Shown here one piece after another: positions 56,019-64,000 of a stretch of 64,000 bases of DNA. The notes beneath the pieces are model-generated. The model saw only the letters and a program-made list of their open reading frames with translations. It ran no database searches and had not been told where the DNA came from. Positions within the stretch are counted from its first letter, which is position 1; the number at the start of each line of letters is the position of its first letter. The DNA lies in sequence record OR544956; one strand, given 5' to 3'. Made by a program: the position numbers and the translations under genes. Source of the stretch: Escherichia phage vB_EcoM_EP57.

Positions 56019-56270
56019 CTAATCTGTTAGTTGTTCGTCCTCTACCAAGTTTGACACGAGAACGTCTGTTATATATTGATGCTGATAAACCCTTTCGGGA
56101 CTATCATCAAAAGCCAAACCTGTGCAAATAGAACAGAGGTCTGATTCCTTGATGACTCCATTTTTATCACGTCTGGAGTGGTTTGTCAAATGCCTATTAC
56201 AAGCACGGCACCTAAAATAAAAGCTATTTTGCATATATCCTTCGAACCCCAAATGGGGAGTGATCGGCAT
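56019..56270 (-). CDS. Small Cys-rich protein
   Basis: CRACN ... CSIC. Confidence 0.35.
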   Translation of the reverse strand: MPITPHLGFEGYMQNSFYFRCRACNRHLTNHSRRDKNGVIKESDLCSICTGLAFDDSPERVYQHQYITDVLVSNLVEDEQLTD

Positions 56271-56307
56271 CTCCTCACTTCTAGTTTAGCACGAAGGATA
56301 TCTTAAG

Positions 56308-56505
56308 TCAACTAGGAATAATTTTATCCCTTTTGGTTTCATAACCAGTCCAATCTAAATCCTCCCAGCCTTCATCATCGTCTAACACATTGTCATCATC
56401 ATAAGATGCAATGTTATAAATAGAACGTGGATTACAAGACATACAATCTTTAATAGGCACATGATGCCATTTGCACGGATTCTCACTAATCATTGCACAC
56501 CTCAT
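56308..56505 (-). CDS. Small Cys-containing acidic protein
   Basis: ORF track. Confidence 0.3.
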   Translation of the reverse strand: MRCAMISENPCKWHHVPIKDCMSCNPRSIYNIASYDDDNVLDDDEGWEDLDWTGYETKRDKIIPS

Positions 56506-56514
56506 CTATAGATC

Positions 56515-56700
56515 AAGTATTATTTATAATAATTTATTATTTTATTTTTAATTGATAGAAGTTGATCTGTACGTACCAGTTCTGATACACTGTACCTGTT
56601 TGTTAGATCTAATAATTATTTATTATTAATATTTAATAATTATTAATCTAGTACGGAGTACAGTACTTGAGTACAGAGTACTACATCAACGACCTAAAAC
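56515..56700. repeat. AT-rich repeat region at the switch between divergent gene blocks (candidate origin or divergent promoter region)
   Basis: Direct repeat TAATAATTATT at 56601 and 56626, imperfect palindrome around 56596-56650, and clustered GTACAG/GTACGG repeats at 56650-56690. Confidence 0.35.
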
Positions 56701-56915
56701 CTTAACTCGCTGCGCTCGTTAATAGATTTCTAGGGTAACATACTTCGAACACAAAAGTCAAGAGTTTTATTAAAAATTATTTTCTGTGTGCAAAAACCTT
56801 GCTTAAACAGGTAGCAATAGTATTAAGAGGCTGTAGAGCAAGTTTACTTACTAGGTAAGGTGATTTATCATCTTATATATAAAAAGTGCGTCAGAGACGC
56901 GTTTAGGAGGCTAGA

Positions 56916-57332
56916 ATGAGATTTACAAGACAAGAGGTAGTTGTACTTGACGAAGCAATGACAATGATCGTCTTTTACTATGAGGATATCTTCTGTGCAG
57001 CATATCATTTAAATGATATTCAGATTGAATGGAAGCAGATAGCATTCCTGTTGGACAAGAGTAATCATTTGGATGGCTTTGAGTATTTGGAGTGGGATGG
57101 TGCAAAGGAAGTTAAAATTGTAGGGTTAAATCACGATCAGATTGTTGACATGCAATGTAAGTTGTGTCATTATCAGTTCTCAAACAATCCTGGCAACAAT
57201 TGTTCTGATTTTTGCCATGTGTGTGGTTCACGATGTTCTGGTAAGCTACTTTTGAAGACACAAGATGTGTCCTACAGCCGTGTTACGCTTACTGGCGACC
57301 ATACCCCAATCATGGAGTACGTAAAGAAATGA
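56916..57332 (+). CDS. Cys-rich hypothetical protein
   Basis: CKLCHY ... CHVCGSRC; taggaggctagaATG. Confidence 0.4.
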   Translation: MRFTRQEVVVLDEAMTMIVFYYEDIFCAAYHLNDIQIEWKQIAFLLDKSNHLDGFEYLEWDGAKEVKIVGLNHDQIVDMQCKLCHYQFSNNPGNNCSDFCHVCGSRCSGKLLLKTQDVSYSRVTLTGDHTPIMEYVKK

Positions 57333-58132
57333 GCAACTATCCAATTACAGGCGTAACCTATTCTTGTGTAGCAAAAGGTGGTTTATATACAGTAGTGGAA
57401 TTTCCAAAACCTGCCGGAATATCTAAAGTGTTTGATCCTGTGGTTATCTATGAAGATCTTAGAACAGGTCAACGTTACTGGAGATTTGTGAATGACTTTT
57501 TAGATCGTATGGAGGTAGTAAGTGGCGAAAACACCGAAGAAGTTATCAAAGCCAACGTTACTAAGAAACCGAAAAACGAGGTTCTCAAAGTAGCCAAATC
57601 AGTTCCTAAGAAAGATAAATTTGATACGGAGGCATTCGTCTTTGACACACCAATCGAGAAGATTGAAGAAGCGTTGCAACGTCTTGAGGAGCAGGAGGCA
57701 GATCCAATGGCTGAACCACTCGCTGAAGCAAAAAACATTGGTCGTTCCAATGAAACAACACCAGAAGAACAAGCTGAACTTGAAGCTTTTGCCAAATGGA
57801 CAAAACAGTTAAAGAATGGCTATTATAAAACAAAAGAAGAAGCTGAAAACCATGTTCCTTCCACACCAATGAAATGCCAGGATTATAAAGATTATCCTGA
57901 AAGGGTTGTGTTCCCTGGTTATGCACAATACAAACTGAACGGGTTACGTTCTATGATTAACATGAAAGGAGAGTGTTTATCAAAAGCTGGGGAAGTGTAC
58001 AACCTGCCACCTCATTGGAAAGGTATTCCAAACTTTATTAGTGAAGTTGTTGGTCATCCTCTTGATGGTGAAGTGTTTGCTGGGTTAGGTGTCCTTAGTC
58101 TGCAACAAATTAACAGTGCTTGCAGTAGTTGA
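57329..58132 (+). CDS. ATP-dependent DNA ligase-like protein, N-terminal and adenylation part; frame changes near 58090-58130
   Basis: Motif I-like YKLNGLR (KxDG-type with N in place of D) and motif III-like LDGEVFA. Confidence 0.45.
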   Translation: MSNYPITGVTYSCVAKGGLYTVVEFPKPAGISKVFDPVVIYEDLRTGQRYWRFVNDFLDRMEVVSGENTEEVIKANVTKKPKNEVLKVAKSVPKKDKFDTEAFVFDTPIEKIEEALQRLEEQEADPMAEPLAEAKNIGRSNETTPEEQAELEAFAKWTKQLKNGYYKTKEEAENHVPSTPMKCQDYKDYPERVVFPGYAQYKLNGLRSMINMKGECLSKAGEVYNLPPHWKGIPNFISEVVGHPLDGEVFAGLGVLSLQQINSACSS

Positions 58133-58592
58133 AGATTATGGTCTTGATGAGCTTATTTGTGTAGTTCATACAGAGTATATTGAAAACCAAGAACAGTTTG
58201 ATGCTTTCTATGAAAAAGCTTTACTTGAGAAAGCTGAAGGTGTAGTATATCGTAATGCTCACGGAGTTTACGAATTTGATAAACGTTCTTATGACGTTAT
58301 TAAACGTAAGCCTCGCCATACGCTTGAAGTTAAAGTAATAAATTCAAAAAGTGATAAAAATGGCGATGGAGTGTTGACAGGTGAGATGGAAAATGGTAAA
58401 GTAGTCGAATTCTTAATGCGTAAAGATGCTCATGAGACTATCAATTATCGTAAAGCAGAGAATGCTTCTACCTTGATTAATCAGTTCGTTGAAATAGAGT
58501 ATGAAGAATTTTCAGATGAAGGTATTCCAACAAAACCTGTTGGTGTTCGTATTCGAGAAATGATCCCAGGCACTTGGGAACCAGCAGAATAA
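58089..58592 (+). CDS. DNA ligase C-terminal part (motif IV/V and OB-fold region), +1 frame relative to 57329..58132
   Basis: EGVVYRN ... KPRHTLEVKV pattern typical of ligase motifs IV-VI. Confidence 0.45.
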   Translation: MSLVCNKLTVLAVVEDYGLDELICVVHTEYIENQEQFDAFYEKALLEKAEGVVYRNAHGVYEFDKRSYDVIKRKPRHTLEVKVINSKSDKNGDGVLTGEMENGKVVEFLMRKDAHETINYRKAENASTLINQFVEIEYEEFSDEGIPTKPVGVRIREMIPGTWEPAE

Positions 58593-58645
58593 GGAGGAAA
58601 AATGTTCTTAGCTTATCATTGTGCAAAATACCTGGAGGCATTTTT

Positions 58646-58828
58646 ATGATAATTTTAGCAACAATTCTTATGATGTTGATAGCAATTGCTATTATAATTC
58701 TGGCATCTTTTCCGGCGGATAAATGGTATTTCAATATTCCACGTATGCTTGTTTTCGGTTTCGCAGGGATTTACATGGGTGAGTCTGTAGTAAATATTAG
58801 CAACTTTCTAGAAAGCTATTTTAAATAA
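58646..58828 (+). CDS. Small two-TM membrane protein (holin-like candidate)
   Basis: Internal ATG at 58646 after ggaggca; MIILATILMMLIAIAIIILA and MLVFGFAGIYMG hydrophobic segments. Confidence 0.3.
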   Translation: MIILATILMMLIAIAIIILASFPADKWYFNIPRMLVFGFAGIYMGESVVNISNFLESYFK

Positions 58829-58837
58829 GGAGTTATA

Positions 58838-59551
58838 ATGATCGAGAATTTTTTTAAAGATATTAAATTCGATACTGAATTTTTCAAAAATGCAGCAAAG
58901 CACGTAATTGATTGGAATGCCAAAGCACGAGGTGGTGAACAACCTGAATTCACTCAAGAGCTATTTATGTCCCAAATCGGGTTCGTTCGTGAAGAGCTTA
59001 AAGAGTATGAAACAGCCGCGAAAGTAAACGATCATGTAGAACTCTTGGATGCAGCAGCGGATATTTTTGTAGTATCCAGTTATCTTACTTACATGTTCTT
59101 TGGTGAAGAACATACGATGAATTTCTTGGACTATGCTGTAGGCGATGTTTTTACTCCAACTGTGTATACTGATTTTGATGCTTTGGAACAAACATTTACA
59201 GAGCCAGTTCAAATGGCACTAATGGCTGCTGGTATTATGCGTATGTCTCGTGACACTCTAATCCGTTCAAAATATCCAGAAAAGAAAGTTATTAAAGAGG
59301 TATTGAAAAGTAATGATTCCAAGTATCCAACTAAACAACAGTTGCTGAAAACTTGGAAAACTTCGGATATCGATTCAGCCATTGCACAAGAATGCGCTGC
59401 AATTGAAGAACGAAATGCCAATCGTCCAGAAGGGGCATACACTGGTGTTCATGCTGTTTATAATGAAAAACAGAAAGTGTATGTGTTCTTTGATGATAAA
59501 GGTAAGATCATGAAACCATCGACCTTTGTCAAACCTAATATTAATAAGTAA
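58838..59551 (+). CDS. Hypothetical protein (possibly MazG-like nucleotide pyrophosphohydrolase)
   Basis: EELKEYETAAKVNDHVELLDAAADIFVV resembles the EExxE...D motif of all-alpha NTP pyrophosphatases. Confidence 0.3.
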   Translation: MIENFFKDIKFDTEFFKNAAKHVIDWNAKARGGEQPEFTQELFMSQIGFVREELKEYETAAKVNDHVELLDAAADIFVVSSYLTYMFFGEEHTMNFLDYAVGDVFTPTVYTDFDALEQTFTEPVQMALMAAGIMRMSRDTLIRSKYPEKKVIKEVLKSNDSKYPTKQQLLKTWKTSDIDSAIAQECAAIEERNANRPEGAYTGVHAVYNEKQKVYVFFDDKGKIMKPSTFVKPNINK

Positions 59552-59607
59552 TGTTGTAAGCCGCCCTTTATGGGCGGTAATGTGAGATGTATTAAATAGG
59601 AGGAAAC

Positions 59608-60486
59608 ATGTTTGTAAAATCTTTTAAATCCGCTCTGCCTATGGTTGTTGGTGACAATGCTTCTGTAGCATCCCTTAACAGCATTACAGATATTCCTCTG
59701 GAATTTGTAACAGCAGAAGGCTCCCAGTCACACACTATTGGTCTTGTTCGTTTTGAAGATGACTCTAAATTTGTAAAAGAGTTCTCAGATCTTGAACTGC
59801 TTAATGTAGGTCAATCTGTGAAGAAGGTAGATAAAAAGAAAGTTAAACGTATTCTGAATGAACGTCTAGAAGAAATGCGTCAGGACATGGAGAGCGAAGG
59901 TAAAGAGTTTTATGTCGATAAAGAAGTAGTCAAAGCAATGAAGGAAGATATTGAATTTGCACTATTGCCTGAAACAGAACCTGAAGATTTCTTTAACTAT
60001 GTTGTCTTGGATAAAACTACGAATCTTCTTTATGTTCTTAATGGAAGTAAAAAGGTTGCAGAAGAGATTACTTCTTTCCTCCGTTCCGTTCTGGGGACTT
60101 TCCCTTCGGTAGGTTTTAGTGTGCATGAAGAAGCTATTGTAAAAGGTTTTGGTGAATTGCTGGAGAATCACGAAGCAGATCGTATTACTCTCGGAAATTA
60201 TATCAAAATGGAGGATAGCGAGGGCGTTGTTGTTTGGAGTAAAGAATCCCTATACGAGTCTAAAGCTGTCGAACTAAAAGAAGATGGTAAAGATGTTGTT
60301 GCAATCGGTCTTGAATATGACGGTGTTGTAGATTTTGTAGTGGATAAAGAGTTTAAACTTTCTAAACTACGTTTTCCGAAATATTTTGCAGACGAAGAAG
60401 GTAGTATTGAAGCTTCAGTCCTTCTGTGCTTCAATGAGATTCGAGGTCTGATGGAAGATTTAACCAAAGCAACAATCCTTAAATAA
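59608..60486 (+). CDS. RdgC-like recombination-associated protein
   Basis: About 290 aa; pattern resembling E. coli RdgC in the C-terminal half. Confidence 0.4.
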   Translation: MFVKSFKSALPMVVGDNASVASLNSITDIPLEFVTAEGSQSHTIGLVRFEDDSKFVKEFSDLELLNVGQSVKKVDKKKVKRILNERLEEMRQDMESEGKEFYVDKEVVKAMKEDIEFALLPETEPEDFFNYVVLDKTTNLLYVLNGSKKVAEEITSFLRSVLGTFPSVGFSVHEEAIVKGFGELLENHEADRITLGNYIKMEDSEGVVVWSKESLYESKAVELKEDGKDVVAIGLEYDGVVDFVVDKEFKLSKLRFPKYFADEEGSIEASVLLCFNEIRGLMEDLTKATILK

Positions 60487-60490
60487 GTTC

Positions 60491-60519
60491 TTGACTTGCG
60501 GGATTAGTTATGATATTAT
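60491..60519 (+). promoter_or_regulatory. Sigma70-type promoter (TTGACT-17-TATTAT)
   Basis: Near-consensus boxes, then aggagg and the ATG at 60559. Confidence 0.5.
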
Positions 60520-60548
60520 GCCTACCTACTTAATGAGGTAGGCTTTTT
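60520..60548 (+). terminator. Intrinsic terminator overlapping the promoter-proximal region (GCCTACCT ... AGGTAGGC then TTTTT)
   Basis: 8-bp stem followed by a T-run. Confidence 0.45.
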
Positions 60549-60558
60549 AGGAGGCGTT

Positions 60559-60768
60559 ATGAAAAAGATTCTGACAGTCGTTCTTTTAGCTTTTAGTTTC
60601 ACAGTAGCAGCAGGTCAAATTACTTTAATCTTGTCTGATTCTGAAGTTAATGGCAATACAAAATATTGCTACTATTCTAACGCTAACCAAGATGAAGTTA
60701 TAGCAATCCCGAAAAGTCGTCAATGTCCGTATACTAAAACATTCTCAACAGAGGATGACGATGAATAA
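60559..60768 (+). CDS. Small secreted protein (signal peptide, two Cys, acidic tail)
   Basis: MKKILTVVLLAFSFTVAAGQ signal peptide. Confidence 0.45.
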   Translation: MKKILTVVLLAFSFTVAAGQITLILSDSEVNGNTKYCYYSNANQDEVIAIPKSRQCPYTKTFSTEDDDE

Positions 60769-61209
60769 TTAGGGGGAAATATTAGCGGTTATATTTTAAT
60801 TAAGCCTGAAGATCTTCATTTATATGTCAACGAAGAAACAATAGCTGCAATTGATTATGATCAGATCGCTTTCCAAGCAGCGTCTGCATTAGAGAAAAGA
60901 ACAATCATTGCAAAGCACATCCCTTCAGGTGCTCAAAAGGAATTTAAAAATAAGACAGAGTTTTGGGGTAAAAGCAAGACTAAGATTGGAGGTTGGCTAG
61001 GAGATACAAATGCAGAAAGAGCCTCCAAAAACAAACGTCCCTTCACAAAGGAAGAGTTCGAAATCATTGATAAGCAATACCCGCCAGAAGATATCGGACA
61101 CACCTTCCAAGCAGCTAAAACAAAAGTCTTAGGTATTCTAAAACATCTACGTTTAGAAAAATATTGCGGAGTTATTGGCGTAGGAAAAACTTTCAGACAC
61201 GCCTTCAAA

Positions 61210-61899
61210 ATGCCTGTAGAATATAAATCTGAACGATTAGATATCAAACCACTTCAGCTTTCAGAAACCAAAGATTATCTTGTGGAGTTCCACAATGGTG
61301 ATGTTGTTACTGTAATAGAAGCTGATGATGAGTTAGAGAAGTATGGTTTCCAAGGTTATAAAGATTATAAAAGGACGGGTAAATTTTCTTATATCGTTGT
61401 ATCTATAGATAAAGATAGTTTACATACTCCTAGTATCCTTTTTAATTTCTACAAAGAGGATGGAGTATTTAAAAATCCAGATATAATTCTTATTGACGAG
61501 TCTATTGGCGATATATGGATCGTAGATAAAGGTAAAAAGAAAGAAGTTAAAGGTTGGGGCAGTTACTGGTTAGCATATCAGATGCTAATGGGAGATAAAA
61601 CAGATAGTATCCGACCTTATCAAGATTTTGATATTAAGTTCGGAGATATTACTTGTTTTAATCTTCTTTCAGCTTGTAAAACTCAAGCAGAACTTTTCCA
61701 AACAGTTAAAGACACTTACTACTCATGGTTCCCAGAGGGTGTTAATTTTACTTCTTGGGATGGAGAAGAAGTCCATATGACAACAGATGAATGGATAGAA
61801 ACAATTTTCCAGTTGGTATACATGAAACGCTGGGATAATGACGATACAACATTTGAGAGTATGCTTCAGTCATACATCTCGCAACAGGAGGCAGAGTGA
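61210..61899 (+). CDS. Hypothetical protein; the reading frame is open from 60769 with no canonical start before 61210
   Basis: Same frame as 60559..60768, separated only by the TAA at 60766-60768. Confidence 0.35.
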   Translation: MPVEYKSERLDIKPLQLSETKDYLVEFHNGDVVTVIEADDELEKYGFQGYKDYKRTGKFSYIVVSIDKDSLHTPSILFNFYKEDGVFKNPDIILIDESIGDIWIVDKGKKKEVKGWGSYWLAYQMLMGDKTDSIRPYQDFDIKFGDITCFNLLSACKTQAELFQTVKDTYYSWFPEGVNFTSWDGEEVHMTTDEWIETIFQLVYMKRWDNDDTTFESMLQSYISQQEAE

Positions 61900-62849
61900 G
61901 CAGATTAACAGAAGAGCAGAAAGCAGATATCCTTAGTATGAGTGCAGAGGGTATGTCTTCTCGTAATATTGCAGCAATTGTTTTAGGTAGTCCAACAAGA
62001 AAAAGCACAGTGAACGATTTCCTTGCACGATTAAGTAAACAAGAGCCAGTTAAAAAGAAACAACCCGTTATTAAAATTATTGATGTTGAAACTGCACCAG
62101 AGATTGCATATACTTTCCGTCGATTCAAAGCCTTCATTTCTCCAGATCAAGTAATTCGTAGGGGTTATTTGTTATCTTACTCTTCTGCTGACCTATATAC
62201 TGGTGAAGTGGAAGGTAAGAACTTGTCTTCTTATCCTCTTTTTGATATTGATCATACAGATGATTGGGAGCTTTGCCAAGATCTTTGGAACCTTCTGAAC
62301 GAGGCAGATGTAGTTGTGGCACACAACGGGTATAAGTTTGACCGTGCATACATTAACCAACGATTTGCATATCACGATATGGCTCCTCCTTCTAATTATG
62401 TAGTTGTTGATACATTGAAGGCAGCTAAGAAACAATTTGCACTTCCTTCCAACTCCCTTAAAGAAATGGGAGCATATTTCGAAACAGAAAGTGAAAAACT
62501 GGATAACGAGGGGTTCCCTTTATGGAAAGCATGTTGTGAAGGTGATCGTGATGCTTTTGAACGTATGCAGATTTACAATGATGGTGATGTTGTTTCACTC
62601 CGTGATTTGTATATGAAAATCCTTCCGTGGATTCCACAGCATCCTAACTTATCCGCTTATTACCCAGATGAGAAAGTCCGTTGTTCTCGTTGTGGCAGTG
62701 ATCACGTTCACGTTGTTACTGGTAAGCAATACCACACTGCGGTAAGTTCTTTCGATATCATTCGTTGTGAATCTTGCGGCGGTTTGTCACGTAGTAGAGC
62801 AAACACCAGATCCAAGGATAAACGAGCAGCAACTATCATTGGAATCTAA
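61896..62849 (+). CDS. DnaQ-like 3'-5' exonuclease (DEDD family) with N-terminal HTH and C-terminal zinc-finger
   Basis: Exo I IIDVETAP, Exo II VVVAHNGYKFDRAYI, Exo III YNDGDVVSLRDLY; C-terminal CSRCG ... CESCGG. Confidence 0.55.
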   Translation: MSRLTEEQKADILSMSAEGMSSRNIAAIVLGSPTRKSTVNDFLARLSKQEPVKKKQPVIKIIDVETAPEIAYTFRRFKAFISPDQVIRRGYLLSYSSADLYTGEVEGKNLSSYPLFDIDHTDDWELCQDLWNLLNEADVVVAHNGYKFDRAYINQRFAYHDMAPPSNYVVVDTLKAAKKQFALPSNSLKEMGAYFETESEKLDNEGFPLWKACCEGDRDAFERMQIYNDGDVVSLRDLYMKILPWIPQHPNLSAYYPDEKVRCSRCGSDHVHVVTGKQYHTAVSSFDIIRCESCGGLSRSRANTRSKDKRAATIIGI

Positions 62850-62855
62850 TAATCA

Positions 62856-62878
62856 GGGAGCTTATTGCTCCCTTTTTT
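62856..62878 (+). terminator. Intrinsic terminator (GGGAGC-UUAUU-GCUCCC then UUUUUU)
   Basis: Hairpin plus T6 right after the exonuclease stop. Confidence 0.55.
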
Positions 62879-62879
62879 A

Positions 62880-62908
62880 TTGACAAAAATTTTATATTAG
62901 TGTATACT
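62880..62908 (+). promoter_or_regulatory. Strong sigma70-type promoter (TTGACA-17-TATACT)
   Basis: Same boxes as the promoter at 13843; followed by aaggagg and the ATG at 62936. Confidence 0.6.
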
Positions 62909-62935
62909 CTGCTAACCACAATAAAAGGAGGAAAT

Positions 62936-63090
62936 ATGAGCATTACATTAACAGGTAACGAAATTTTCGAACTGTTTGAAATGTTAGGTTTGAACTATAC
63001 CATCCGATGGTGATATTATCTATCAAGGTAGGGTAGCTTATTATGCAGACTACCCAGAAGAAGGCGCAGTAGGAATTCAGGAGGAAAATT
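62936..63090 (+). CDS. Small protein (about 50 aa) split by a frame change near 63005-63013
   Basis: MSITLTGNEIFELFEMLGLNYTIRW stop, continuing in another frame as GDIIYQGRVAYYADYPEEGAVGIQEENYV. Confidence 0.3.
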
Positions 63091-63492
63091 ATGTCTAATG
63101 CTTTTGATAATCAGGTTGACGGTGATCACTACACAAAGATGGCAATGCAACCTATTGAACTAGCTTATTTGGTTGGTGGCACACCTTGTTTTTGCAAATT
63201 GGCAAAATATGCAACACGTATTAAAGGTGAACGTCAGATTAACCTAGATAAAGCTATTCATTGTATTGAACTAGAAAGAACCCTTATGCAAAATAACACG
63301 TATATGGTTCGTGAAAATTATCCCTCTATGACAAATGCAGCTAAACATGATCAAGCTATGCTTCTTATTGATTTCTTCACAAAAGATCCTTTAATACGAG
63401 TAGCACTGAAACACATGTATAACTCTTCTTATGTAGATGCAATCGAAGCTATTAAACAACTTAAGGAACGTATTAGTGGCGAGCAATACTAA
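63091..63492 (+). CDS. Hypothetical protein
   Basis: caggaggaaaattATG. Confidence 0.45.
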   Translation: MSNAFDNQVDGDHYTKMAMQPIELAYLVGGTPCFCKLAKYATRIKGERQINLDKAIHCIELERTLMQNNTYMVRENYPSMTNAAKHDQAMLLIDFFTKDPLIRVALKHMYNSSYVDAIEAIKQLKERISGEQY

Positions 63493-63580
63493 ACAATATG
63501 GAGCAGGAGAAGTTTATAAAATATTCAACCGAAAAGGTGATAAACTTTTACTAACTTTGACTATTCCAGAAACAATGTGC

Positions 63581-63610
63581 AAGGCGGGGTTAGACCGCCT
63601 TTTGTTTTTT
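63581..63610 (+). terminator. Intrinsic terminator (AAGGCGG-GGUUAGA-CCGCCUU then UUUGUUUUUU)
   Basis: Strong hairpin plus T-run; it lies inside track ORF 63437..63670, which argues against that ORF being fully coding. Confidence 0.5.
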
Positions 63611-63680
63611 AAACATAATATCCCACCAGGGGAATATACAGCTAAAAAGGTGAGCAATATTGGCAGGTGAACCAAAAATA

Positions 63681-64000
63681 ATGTGGGGTGAAGGAACACC
63701 CTGGAAAACACAAGCTGAATTTTATACTTATCTTAGGGGATGTTTTAGAAAAGCATGGATGAGACACCCTAATAAAATTAAGGTTATCAATGCAAGGCGT
63801 TTTAAAGTTGATCGTGTAGATAAAGACGGCAATGTAATGATAGACAAGAAAACTGGAAAACCAAAACAAGTTTGGAATTGTGAGTGCGAAATATGTGGAC
63901 ACAGAGGAGGAATGAAAGACTTCCAAGTGGATCATATTCACGCAGCAAAACAACTTCAATGTTTTGAGGATATTCCCCTTTTTGTTTTCCGTTTAATCTA
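63681..64000 (+). CDS. HNH/endonuclease VII-like nuclease, 5' partial (runs off the window end)
   Basis: CECEICGHRGGMKDFQVDHIHAAKQ resembles the T4 endonuclease VII CxxC ... HLDHDH zinc/catalytic region; no stop before 64000. Confidence 0.4.
   Translation, partial: MWGEGTPWKTQAEFYTYLRGCFRKAWMRHPNKIKVINARRFKVDRVDKDGNVMIDKKTGKPKQVWNCECEICGHRGGMKDFQVDHIHAAKQLQCFEDIPLFVFRLI

Noticed and set aside
56515-56700. CRISPR array in the AT-rich repeat region
   Set aside because: Repeats are short (11 nt), AT-rich and irregularly spaced with no repeat-spacer periodicity; not a CRISPR array
60559-61899. Programmed stop-codon read-through fusing the secreted peptide to the downstream protein
   Set aside because: A signal peptide fused to what looks like a cytoplasmic protein is implausible, and TAA is a poor read-through codon; kept only as a start-site ambiguity
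63437-63670. 77-aa ORF from the track
   Set aside because: A strong intrinsic terminator (63581-63610) sits inside it and its start overlaps the preceding gene; probably not a real full-length CDS
1-64000. Prophage integration module or lysogeny genes (integrase, repressor, attachment site)
   Set aside because: No integrase-like or repressor-like ORF was recognised, and the gene content (own DNA polymerase, primase-helicase, tRNA set) points to a lytic genome segment

Overview
This window is a dense, AT-rich double-stranded DNA phage genome segment with a contractile-tail (myovirus-like) structural module; all calls are from reading the sequence and ORF translations, with no database search. 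Positions 1-20210 (+ strand) carry accessory and replication genes: a Ter-like stress module (TerC, TelA-like, vWA/TerY-like, TerD), a block of four glycosyltransferase-like genes, a T7 gp4-like primase-helicase, an N6-adenine DNA methyltransferase, a family A DNA polymerase, a small nucleotidyltransferase and an SSB-like protein ending in the E. coli SSB tip PPMDFDDDIPF. Positions 20221-53346 (- strand) carry the late module: tail fibers and tailspike, baseplate, tape measure, a tail chaperone with a slippery T_TTT_TTC site, tube, sheath, lambda gpE-like capsid, portal, a large terminase interrupted by a 159-aa mini-intein in its P-loop, and an overlapped spanin pair. Positions 53550-55520 hold about 14 minus-strand tRNA genes driven by repeated CTATTGACAA promoters, plus a roughly 190-nt RNA closed by a perfect 10-bp terminal stem. 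Positions 55760-64000 carry more early-type genes (ligase, RdgC-like, DnaQ-like exonuclease, EndoVII-like partial). Consensus sigma70-type promoters and intrinsic terminators suggest an enterobacterial host. At least ten conserved genes are split by single-nucleotide frame changes; apart from the chaperone site these look like sequence indels or pseudogenisation and need read-level confirmation. The most interesting candidates are the phage-borne Ter-like module, the glycosyltransferase cluster, the tRNA/promoter/structured-RNA locus and the terminase intein.
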